Shown here one piece after another: positions 1-9,400 of a DNA stretch of 39,977 nucleotides. The stretch lies in sequence record SRR20825006_1900; one strand, given 5' to 3'. Under the pieces are notes generated by a model. That model was given only the letters and a program-made list of their open reading frames with translations. It had not been told where the DNA came from and searched no databases. The translations under genes and the position numbers were made by a program. Numbering within the stretch: the stretch's first letter is position 1; each line of letters begins with the position of its first letter.

Positions 1-2889
1 CACCGAGAAAATTTCCCACGGTTCGCCATCGGTTTCCCAAGTGAGGCTTTCGTTCTGATCGGTGTCTTCCGCATCAGCCGCGATAATGTCGGCCGGCACC
101 CGCTGACCATTGAGGTAAACCTGCCAATCAATATCGAATGCAGGCGCCGTCCCATTGCTGTTGGACAGCCCGATAGGATTCACGCCCTGATAAAGATCAT
201 CCAGGCGGTCGCCGGACCAGCTACCCGTGTTATAGACATTGATGGTGTTGGTCAGATTGTCCAGCGTGGCGCGGATTTCCACCGGACCAAACACCCAGCT
301 TTTGCGAATAATGTCTCCGGCCTGATAGTTATTACGGGCACCACAGGACCAGTCCAGCCAGTAAATCGCATCACGAAAATCGCCGGCACCGCCACTGGCA
401 ATACCACCGCCGGTAGCTTCGGAACCCTGTGGGCAGTTCACCACCGCCCGGGTAGACACCTGGTAGTCTTCCACTTCGCCATCATCCGCACCTTCATAGG
501 GATCGATGGAGGGCGTGGTTGACCAGCGGAAACGGGTGATCACATCATTGGCATCCACTGTGCCCGTTGCCGCACTGGCAACAATGTCGATCTGTCCATC
601 GCCATCCGTGTCCTGAAGATCCTCAGCAATTTGCTCTCCGGCATCATCAAAATCCCCATCCTGGTTCCAGTCCACCCAGGCCTGCAGATAACCACCATCA
701 CCTTCCACACTGACCGAAATCGGGTTGATGCTCGGCAGCACGGAAGGAAAGGTCACCCCGTCATCAAAGGTGTCGGCATCGGCATTGGGATCCGCGTATC
801 CGCCCACATCCTCTGAGACATCGACGCCAAGACGAATGCCATCAACCAGAACATGAGACGGACTCTGGTAACTGGCAGGCGCATCGCCGTAGTCAACCAA
901 CACCTGAGGAGGGGCGTCGATCACACAGACTTTCTGCAGGTTGCTGGAACCGCCGGTGGAACCGGTAAAACCGAAGAACACATTCGGGTCGCCGGCAAAA
1001 TCCAGAGTGGTGAAGTCCCGATTCACAACAGCCACAAGAGAGCCATCAAAGCGGTACTGAAGCTGGTTGGATACCGGATCCCAATCCAGTGACACCGTGT
1101 GCCAGCCTCCATCCTCAATATTGCCCAAATCCACCACGGGACTTAGCAGACTTCCTCCACCGTTGTTGCTGGTATAGTTAACCGGGTCATAAATAACGGT
1201 ATGGTCATTGGCGATATCGCCGTACCCCCCACCGTTGCTATAGGTATCAAATTCCACCGCCACGGCCGGATCCAAACCGCCCACCCCCAAGGCACCACCA
1301 AACACACCGGTCGCACTGCTGCCGGCATCGTCATTCTGGAAGGCAAAGGCAATCCCGTCCGCGCCACTAGCGTCTTTTGTCCCCAAGTAGATGGAAAATT
1401 CCACCGTAAAGGGGGAAAGCAGACTAATGCGATTCTGTGACCAGGCAGAGCCGGACTGATTGCCACTATCCTGGGTCAGGGTAATTTCATTACTAGATGT
1501 ATTTCGCGTGGCACTGCCACTGAGCGACAGGTTCGCACTGATTGCGGCATCACAGGTTTGTGACGTGACATTCAAGCGGTAATCTTCCACCTCACCATTT
1601 CCCGCGTTGTTGCCTATCCCGGGATTTGTTGACTCGGTAAATTTAAAACGCGCATAGGTCACACCGGACGCAGCAGAACCCGGCACATTAATGGTCACCG
1701 GCGTGACCGTAACGAAATTGGAGGAATTATTGCCGCTGGATGTTTCGCCGTTATTGGTGATCTGACGATTGGATACCATCCGCTCGCCGGCATCGCTGAA
1801 ATCCCCATCCCGGTTCCAGTCGAACCAGACGTTCAGGTAACCCGAACCGTATGTGGTCACCGACAGTTCGCTTTGCTGCCCCGGAAAGATGGATTGATCA
1901 TTCAGAGCGCTTCCGCCCAGGGTAACGCCATCTTCATCGTCAAAGTTGACAACCGCGCCCCCCGCCCCATCAAGGTCATCACCGTCCGCGCCCGCACTGG
2001 CTTGCTGCGCACTTTCATGGTCTGGCACCAGACCGGCACCCAAACCCAGAAAACTGCTTACAGCCTGTCGGGCAGCCACATAGGGCGAAGGGGCATCGCC
2101 GTAATCCGTGTTGCCGTCCACCACATCATCGAAATCGTCAACACGCAGAGACAAATAGGAAACACGCCGGGCGGTACTCGACGAGCTTTCTGTTCCGTAC
2201 GCATTATCATTCTGAACCCGAAAAGACGCATTGGATGTTTCCGAAAACACCACACTGGCACGGCACTCGGGCTCGACGGTTGTGGCACCGTCGGTGCAAT
2301 CAGTATCCCGCCCTTTTATGCGCGTGTTATAGCCGCCAGACGCCGATGAAGAAACGGTGGTATCCGTGTTAACGGACACATAGGAACGCGTTTTTTCACC
2401 GGTGTTGAAGTAAAGGTCATCACTGCCTGTGCGAGAGTTGTCCGAGTTTCGATCGAGATCGAACCCGGTAACGATCAGCCGGTCCACAACAACAGGCGTG
2501 GTGGTTCCCTGACGAACCACCGTTAACCGCAAATCCTGGTAGGCAATATTTTCGCCGCTATCCTTGTCTCGCAAACTGGCAAACAACACGCCCTCTTCCA
2601 CTCCCAGACACTGGAAGCTCCCGGCCTGCTCATTGTCTTCCTGCAGCACCTGAACCAGAACATCCAGCGCCTGACCGTCGTAGCTTGCGGATGTACCAAA
2701 CCGGTATGTCGCCTGAGAACAGTCACTGCCGCTAAGAATTGTCCGCGAACCATTCAGCGGCAGACTAATAGCTTCTGCGGCCCCACTCACCAGGCACAAG
2801 CCGATAAAGAGCATGGCAATAAAAACCTGCATTGCCAGCAACCCTGCAACCAGTTTGCCTTTATTTTTTTTCGGTTCGGTTGTCTGCAT
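1..2889 (-). CDS. Large secreted adhesin, 3'-truncated by the window edge (>=963 aa): signal peptide, unknown N-domain, GEVED domain, L-type (legume-like) lectin domain, second GEVED domain, CshA-NR2-like domain
   Basis: Not in the ORF track; translated by hand. ATG at 2889, 4 nt after the upstream TAA, open to position 1. Starts MQTTEPKKNKGKLVAGLLAMQVFIAMLFIGLCLVSGAAEA. Contains DYGDAP...DDEDGV...YLNVWFDWNRDGDF...GEVEDY (GEVEDY at 1579-1596), then ADGIAFAFQ...AVEFDTY...WHTVSLDW...FFGFTGSTGG (lectin), then DYGDAP...YLQAWVDWNQDGDF...GEVEDY (463-480), then IYWLDW...ADAED. Confidence 0.88.
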   Translation of the reverse strand, partial: MQTTEPKKNKGKLVAGLLAMQVFIAMLFIGLCLVSGAAEAISLPLNGSRTILSGSDCSQATYRFGTSASYDGQALDVLVQVLQEDNEQAGSFQCLGVEEGVLFASLRDKDSGENIAYQDLRLTVVRQGTTTPVVVDRLIVTGFDLDRNSDNSRTGSDDLYFNTGEKTRSYVSVNTDTTVSSSASGGYNTRIKGRDTDCTDGATTVEPECRASVVFSETSNASFRVQNDNAYGTESSSSTARRVSYLSLRVDDFDDVVDGNTDYGDAPSPYVAARQAVSSFLGLGAGLVPDHESAQQASAGADGDDLDGAGGAVVNFDDEDGVTLGGSALNDQSIFPGQQSELSVTTYGSGYLNVWFDWNRDGDFSDAGERMVSNRQITNNGETSSGNNSSNFVTVTPVTINVPGSAASGVTYARFKFTESTNPGIGNNAGNGEVEDYRLNVTSQTCDAAISANLSLSGSATRNTSSNEITLTQDSGNQSGSAWSQNRISLLSPFTVEFSIYLGTKDASGADGIAFAFQNDDAGSSATGVFGGALGVGGLDPAVAVEFDTYSNGGGYGDIANDHTVIYDPVNYTSNNGGGSLLSPVVDLGNIEDGGWHTVSLDWDPVSNQLQYRFDGSLVAVVNRDFTTLDFAGDPNVFFGFTGSTGGSSNLQKVCVIDAPPQVLVDYGDAPASYQSPSHVLVDGIRLGVDVSEDVGGYADPNADADTFDDGVTFPSVLPSINPISVSVEGDGGYLQAWVDWNQDGDFDDAGEQIAEDLQDTDGDGQIDIVASAATGTVDANDVITRFRWSTTPSIDPYEGADDGEVEDYQVSTRAVVNCPQGSEATGGGIASGGAGDFRDAIYWLDWSCGARNNYQAGDIIRKSWVFGPVEIRATLDNLTNTINVYNTGSWSGDRLDDLYQGVNPIGLSNSNGTAPAFDIDWQVYLNGQRVPADIIAADAEDTDQNESLTWETDGEPWEIFSV

Positions 2890-2893
2890 CGTT

Positions 2894-5773
2894 TTACTCC
2901 ACCCGTAACCCGAAAATAAGAACGGCGGTTTCACCCGCTTTCAATTCGCCCACATTGACCGACACATCACCGGTACCCGCTTCGGCAGGTGCAACCACAT
3001 CGGCGCTGCAATCCCCCGAGGGAAGCTGGCAACGGGTGGCAGCAGACAGCATGGTTGTGAACGGCTGGGTGCGATCATTAATGGTCACTTCATACATGCT
3101 CTGCGCCCCGGTATTGGCTGCCGTCAGGCGATAAATCACGCACTGCTCGCCAGGTGTTGCCGTAAATCGGGTATAGACAAAACAGCCATCCGCAGTACAA
3201 CTGCCCGGGCCATCCGGCACGCCATCACAGTCGGCATCCAGTGCCTGCTCTTTGGTCACGGCCACATCGGTATTGCTGGTCGTGGTGGAATCCGTCGCCG
3301 TGTCGGTCACCGTCTGCCCGGCACCTTGTGCCGTAACAGTGAGCGTCTTGAGGTTGGTAATGCCGTACGCTGCCGTGGCCGGGGCAAAAACCCGGGCGAA
3401 CACGGACAGGCTCTCACCCACGGCAAGCACACCATCTGCCCCGGCAGTCTGCAGAGGAGTGCCATCGACAATCAGGGTATCCGCCGTATCCCATTGGCCA
3501 TTGCCGTTGCTGTCCTCGTAGAGGGTAATCGACCAGCCATTGTCACTGGCGCTGTCAGGCGTGCCGCTGAGCAGCACATTGGTCAAATCCACATTACCGG
3601 TGTTGGTGAGCTGATGGCTATAAAGCACGCTGCTGCCCGGCGCCACTTGCCCGGTCTGGTCCGGCTGCAGGGAAAGTGCCGGTCCCGCCACTACGACCAC
3701 CTGATCCAGCTTGATGTCGCCGGCATTACTGGTCGGCGACAAGGCTCGCAGGTACAGCGGCAAGGTATCGCCTCCGCTAGCCGATTCCGGCACCGTGACC
3801 TGGGCACACACCAGCCGCTGGCTACCTGCCGGCACCAGCCCGGTATTGGTAATGGCAACGCCATTGGCGCTGCAATCTGCCGATCCACCATCACGGTAGA
3901 AGGTCACGCTCCACCCCGCAGGCAATTGCCCCGGATTGAAATTGCTGTTGCTGGCGTGCAGGTCGTAGCTGTCCTGCCGCGGCCCGGTGTTATTCACATA
4001 CAACACAAAGGTGCCATGATTACCCGGGGCGACTGACAGGCTGCGCACCGGCGTCGCTTCCGGTCCTGGTCCTTCACCCGGAGCACTGCCGTTAACCGGC
4101 TGATCGTTGGTCAGGTCCACACTGTTTGTCGCAATACTGATGAGTGTGTCGGTCACCGCATTACGGACCTGGGGGTCCGTAACGGAACTGGCGACCTTGG
4201 TGACCTGAAAGGGGCCACCCAATGCATTGGGCGGCAGAATCACCTGTAGAACAACGCGCACGCCGCACACACCATTGCCGGCATCGCGGACAAAGCGGGA
4301 TGGGCACTGGCCACCTTGATCGACCAGCGGGATCGGCCCGGTATCCGGTACCCCGTTGCCATCGGTATCCACCAACGGGGTTGCACCATCGGCCTTGAGC
4401 AACTGGAAGACAGTGCCCTGGGGGAAGGGCTCGCTTAACGCTGCCCCGGAACGGTCGTTAACGGCGTCGAGAGTGATATCGAAACGGTCTTCGCCATCGC
4501 CGGTATTCCAGATCACGTTATTGAACAGCACGGTGCCACCCTGACCGGCACTGGCAATCTCGACACGGTTACCGGTATCGCTCACGTCATCGCTACCGGT
4601 AATGCTGTCATTCTCACTGTTGTTGGCCACCACCGCTGGCGCCAGCGCCCGATCGATAACAAGGTAGCTCACCGCATTGGTACTGAACGGAGACGGCGTA
4701 CCGAAATCCGTATCGCCGGCTTCGTTGGAGTAGCGGAAACGGCCAGTATTGCGAACCCGGTCGCCGGCACTCAGGCCCGCATCCAGGGTAACCTCGAACG
4801 TGAGAGTACCCACACCGCCCGGCGGCAATTGCGCCACGACCGCTTGAACCCGGTCCTGACAATCCGGTTCGGCCGCATCCGTATCGTAGGCACAATAGCG
4901 GATCAGGTTAGGGGCATTGCCCTGATCACCATCATCGCCATCGTCGGTGAGTGGGGTGTTGCCGGTAAAGGTCCAGCGAGCGGAATCCGGCACATAGGTC
5001 ATGCCTGCTGACACCCCATCCACGGAGACGGTGGGCAGCACATCTTCAATGACGATATCCGTGGCCGCCTGGTCCGATGGGTTACGGTAATCCAGAGTGA
5101 CGGTGATTGGCCCGTCCGGGGAACGGCCCTCCCGCTGGCTCAATGACTTGACCACTTCAATCACCGGGCCATCGATGACATCCGCTTCATCCGTATTGAT
5201 GGCCAGCAGGGTGTTATCCGCATCACTGCGCGCACGAACCTGCAATGACGGCTGCTGGCCCGCCACCGTTCCCGCCGACAATTCCGCTTCTACCACCAGC
5301 GAGAAGGTTTCGCCGGAAATCATGTCCGGGGTCAGATTATCCCAGCAGCCATCTGCGTCAGACTGGGTAAACAAGGCGCCGCCCGCATCCGGTTGGCCAT
5401 CGCCGTTACCGTCGGCGTAAACGGCCCAGGCATCAATGTCGCTATCCACATTGGTAATACACAACTGATACTGGTCGTGACCATTACCGGTATTGGTCAA
5501 TACATGGGAGAAGTACACCAGCCCACCTGGCAGCGCCGGCTTGCCCTGATCACTGACCAGTTCAATGCCCGGTACGTTCTGCACCAGTGTCTGCACCAGG
5601 TTGGAGGTCACCCGTTGTGCTTCCGCCTGCTCCGTACAGCCATCATCCAGACAGGCCCGGTAACTCGCCGACGCCTGGTTCTTGATCACGGTGCCTGCCG
5701 CAGGCGTGGCCGCCTGAACACCGCCCCCCAGCATCAGCAGCACCATCAGCCCTGTACGTTGCAGTTTATTCAC
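2894..5773 (-). CDS. Secreted multi-Ig/DUF11-domain protein (959 aa), putative minor fibre subunit
   Basis: Signal peptide (..GGGVQA). Repeated PG-x-V-x-F/Y-x-H-x-L-x-NTGN Ig-like units, one complete DUF11-type domain (VVKS..IEDVLP..RVRNTG..STN) and DxNGxG Ca-binding loops. Collinear paralog of 12825..15791. Confidence 0.8.
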   Translation of the reverse strand: MNKLQRTGLMVLLMLGGGVQAATPAAGTVIKNQASASYRACLDDGCTEQAEAQRVTSNLVQTLVQNVPGIELVSDQGKPALPGGLVYFSHVLTNTGNGHDQYQLCITNVDSDIDAWAVYADGNGDGQPDAGGALFTQSDADGCWDNLTPDMISGETFSLVVEAELSAGTVAGQQPSLQVRARSDADNTLLAINTDEADVIDGPVIEVVKSLSQREGRSPDGPITVTLDYRNPSDQAATDIVIEDVLPTVSVDGVSAGMTYVPDSARWTFTGNTPLTDDGDDGDQGNAPNLIRYCAYDTDAAEPDCQDRVQAVVAQLPPGGVGTLTFEVTLDAGLSAGDRVRNTGRFRYSNEAGDTDFGTPSPFSTNAVSYLVIDRALAPAVVANNSENDSITGSDDVSDTGNRVEIASAGQGGTVLFNNVIWNTGDGEDRFDITLDAVNDRSGAALSEPFPQGTVFQLLKADGATPLVDTDGNGVPDTGPIPLVDQGGQCPSRFVRDAGNGVCGVRVVLQVILPPNALGGPFQVTKVASSVTDPQVRNAVTDTLISIATNSVDLTNDQPVNGSAPGEGPGPEATPVRSLSVAPGNHGTFVLYVNNTGPRQDSYDLHASNSNFNPGQLPAGWSVTFYRDGGSADCSANGVAITNTGLVPAGSQRLVCAQVTVPESASGGDTLPLYLRALSPTSNAGDIKLDQVVVVAGPALSLQPDQTGQVAPGSSVLYSHQLTNTGNVDLTNVLLSGTPDSASDNGWSITLYEDSNGNGQWDTADTLIVDGTPLQTAGADGVLAVGESLSVFARVFAPATAAYGITNLKTLTVTAQGAGQTVTDTATDSTTTSNTDVAVTKEQALDADCDGVPDGPGSCTADGCFVYTRFTATPGEQCVIYRLTAANTGAQSMYEVTINDRTQPFTTMLSAATRCQLPSGDCSADVVAPAEAGTGDVSVNVGELKAGETAVLIFGLRVE

Positions 5774-5785
5774 TCCAACTCCCCT

Positions 5786-6406
5786 TTACTTGACTGGCGC
5801 CGGCGGCACAAATTCATCGCCGCCACTGCCGGCAAAGTCAGCCCGCAATACCAGCGGGCGGCTCTGCGCATCCAGCGGCATCAACTCAACACGGCGGTTG
5901 ATGACCCGTTGTTCGTTACTGGCATTTGACAAAATAGGTAGTTCTTCACCCAATGCGACGCGTTTGATGCGGCCATTACTGATACCCCCATCTCGCAGGT
6001 ACTGCACCACCTGGTCCAGGCGGCGAGCCGCCAGTTTCTGGTTATAACTTGCTGCGCCTTTTTCATCGGTAAACGCCTGCACACTCACCTGCAGGGTCGG
6101 GTACTGTTTCAGCACCGCCAAATTACTGTCCAGCCGGCGCACCTCAGCCTCGGCCATCTGGCTCTGATCAAAACCAAAATACACCGCCGGTTCCCAAACC
6201 TGGGTACGACTTTCACCTGCCATCAGGCCTGCTCCGCCGCCAGCAGCAATCCCGGTGACCGTCACCAGGCCGTTGCTCGTTACCCTGGCTTCCACCGGAC
6301 ACAGCTCATCATACTGTGCATACAGAGACTCGGTGCTGGCACATCCGGCCATTACTGCCATGCTCGCCAGGATCAGTAACGCCAGCCGCGCTTTCATCAT
6401 GTTCAT
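5786..6406 (-). CDS. OmpA-family (OmpA_C peptidoglycan-binding) lipoprotein
   Basis: Lipobox MAGC; VYFGFDQS, FTDEKG..YNQKLAARR, NRRVEL motifs; ATGA overlap with the upstream gene. Confidence 0.9.
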   Translation of the reverse strand: MNMMKARLALLILASMAVMAGCASTESLYAQYDELCPVEARVTSNGLVTVTGIAAGGGAGLMAGESRTQVWEPAVYFGFDQSQMAEAEVRRLDSNLAVLKQYPTLQVSVQAFTDEKGAASYNQKLAARRLDQVVQYLRDGGISNGRIKRVALGEELPILSNASNEQRVINRRVELMPLDAQSRPLVLRADFAGSGGDEFVPPAPVK

Positions 6407-9400
6407 CGCGCATCTCCCAGATAACTGCGCTGCCCGGCGGCTTTACTGCCCAGCCAGCTCAGGTCATCTTCATCGAATTTGTATTCCAGTCCAACAAACA
6501 CGCCTTCTGCGTTATAGCCTTCCGGGTCCAGGTCATCGTCACGGAAACCGGTGAAGTTATAGCCCACGCCCATGCGCAGATTACGGCGCACCAGTGCATT
6601 GACGGTAAAGCCGTAGCTGTAACGGCGCTCTTTAACGCCTTCCGTGGTAATCGCACCACCATGCAAATCCAGATCAAAACGGCGGGTGATATCCCAGATA
6701 ATCCGGCCATCCGCCACATAGGCATCCGATTCCACATCCAGATTGCCCAGCTCGGTTTGTTGCCATTTGGCGCCCAGGCGACCAGAGAAAATCCAGTCGT
6801 CATGGGCCTGATAGTTATGGTGAGTGGAGAACAAATGCACAGTGCGATCACTGCCGCCACTACCGCCCCACTCTTCTTTCCATTTGTACATGAACAACAT
6901 GTGGTGACGGTTATCCCGACGCGGACGGCGGGCCATCCCCAGGGTGACAATGTTGTCGCCTTCCTTGGCTTCCGTATCGAAATACTGCAGGCGCAGGTCA
7001 TCACGCACCACCGCAGACCAGTCGGTATTCACTCGCCAGATATTGGCCGCACTCAGACCGTAGTACTCACGATCATCGCCAAAGCGGGTTTCCACCCGGC
7101 CCAGGGTACGACGGTTTTCATTGCGCTTGTCTTCTGCCCCCACGGACAGGGCCGTGGCGTCCTGATTGGTTTGTCCGTCCAGTGTCTGAATCCACTCCAT
7201 GGACGGCGACACGGTGAGCCCCGGTTCAATTTCAATATCCGACTTCACACCATTGGCGGCTGCTACATCACGGCCATCCACGGCACCGCGCAAACGGTAC
7301 TCGGAATACACATCCGTATTGCGGGTGACCGCGGAACGCACACCGGTGGTGAACTGCTGCGTTTCCACATCATCATCCAGCGTATTGATACCATTCAGAC
7401 TGTTGATGATTTCGTAACGGCTGTAGAGGCTGGTTTTCTCGGTGAGCTGCATGTCCGCGTCGGCCGCGATACGGCGGCGACTGGTATCGTTGAAGGCCTG
7501 CTCATATTCCGCGCCGATCTGGAAGGGTTTGCCCAACAGGTTAAAGCCCCGATCAGCGCCGAGAATATAGGTGCCGAAATCTTCACTGCCCTGGGCATCT
7601 TTCTGCTCGATACCGCGCACCCCGCCGCGCAAGGCGGTGGCGCCGATACGTTTTTCCCCGATCACGCCCAGGCTGTTCTGCTCTTCGGAGCCGTCCAGCT
7701 GCTTGGACCGGATGCCTTCCACTTCCACGGAGAAATCCCGGGCCAGCATCTGTTCGTGGCCCAAACGCATTTCTTCACGAGCGGCACTGATACCCGCCGA
7801 CGGGTTATCAAACCCCGCCTCCGCGCGCGCCCAGCGCAATTCGGTACGCGAGCCATCCACCCACAAACGCTCACCATTAATGCTGTAGGCGCGCCCTTCC
7901 GGGTCATTGTTTTCATGGGCCATGGAGCCTGAAGACACATTGATGCGGGTATTCTCGTCCAGCTTGTATTGAGCGGAAACGCTGGTCAGGTCGAAGCCTT
8001 CCGTTTCATGGTCATCCTGGGTGCGGCTAACGCCCAGCTGTAGCTGATCGGTCAGGTCGTAGTTCAGGCGCGCGCCGAGTACATTGTATTCTTCGGCATC
8101 GCCTTCCACGTTATAGCTCACGCGAACAAACACCGGATTCAGGCTGTCATCCACCGTGGGCACCACATCGTGGAAGCGAATATCACCGGTAAAATAGTTC
8201 ACCGAATAATCCACATAACGGGTCAGCGGCGTGGTTTCGATGACCAGCCCCGGGTTGTTGCGGTCACGGACAATAATTTCCACGGTTTCACTGTCGCGGG
8301 CCGGGTCGTTGCTCAAGGTAAACAGCAGCGCCGTACCATTACCCGGCAGCTCTTCTGTCACCTGCTCCATATCCGGGCGGGCAGCGAACACCTGGAAGCG
8401 GGCACGGCCGTTGTCGTAGACCCCATTCAACCCGGTCAGGGTACGCTGGGTCCGGCCCAGGTCGTAGAAATCGTTCTGCGGATCGGTGAGGTAGTCCCCC
8501 CACATGATGCTGCTGCGGTCTTTTTCCAGTTTCGCATACAGTTTGCTGCGACTGCGGGCATCGTAGCCGCGCACAGAGGCATCACCGGGGATCGGATAGT
8601 AATCTGCCGGGTTCAAATCACGGCGCACTTCGTCTTCGGTATCCAGATCCTTGTCGGTGTCGTAGGCCAGCGTCAGGTGGGCATCGCCGCGGACCTGACC
8701 TTTCATAAATACGGCAGCCCGACCATCCACACCGTCTTCAAATTCGTCGGCCACATCCGTGGGCGCATTTCCGTTGTCGCGCAACCCACCGGCGCGGCTT
8801 TGCACCTGTAAAAAACCGGTTGCCAGCAACGGACGAAGAGGGGCGATCTGCTCAATCTGGATGCTGTCGCTGAAACGGTCCAGAGTGGCGCGCAGACGCA
8901 CCGGCCCGGTGTATTCCGTGCTGCGCAGATGAGCCAGCGCCACCCCGTCCACCAGTTTGATTTGATGTCCCGGTGTGCCGCTCTGCAAATCCTCTTCCAG
9001 CCACTGGCCGCGATCGGTTTCCAGTGTCACAAAGTGGCTGCCCAATGCCGGGTTGCCTTTGGCATCATTGAGACGAACACGCACACCCAGGGTTGAGCGC
9101 CCACCGTCTGCGGGCAGCGTATCGGATTCGGTTTCCAGGGTGATAGACTGCGGTGCAGCCGGGCGCACCACGGTTTTTTCTGCCATCACCCGCTCGTTAC
9201 CGAACATGTCCCGGGTGCTGACTACCAGCGTGTTTTCCCCTTCACCCAGGGTAACGCCGTACCAGGTAACAACCTGAGCGCGCTCGCGCTTGTTGACCAC
9301 CTGTTCGCCCAGCTGCGCCTTGGCTACCGTCTTGCCATTCACGCTCAGTACCGGATCCACCCCGGCACGTACCACTACCTGGAAACGACCATCACGGCTG

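Noticed and set aside
631-2753. Short ORFs listed in the first 2.8 kb
   Set aside because: All overlap the continuous minus-strand adhesin frame 2889..1, which the track missed because its stop lies outside the window.
6316-7932. 538-aa plus-strand ORF and other long antisense ORFs (e.g. 14205..15374, 22934..24094, 24470..25465, 25906..27420)
   Set aside because: Shadow frames opposite well-supported genes in GC-rich DNA; no recognisable motifs.
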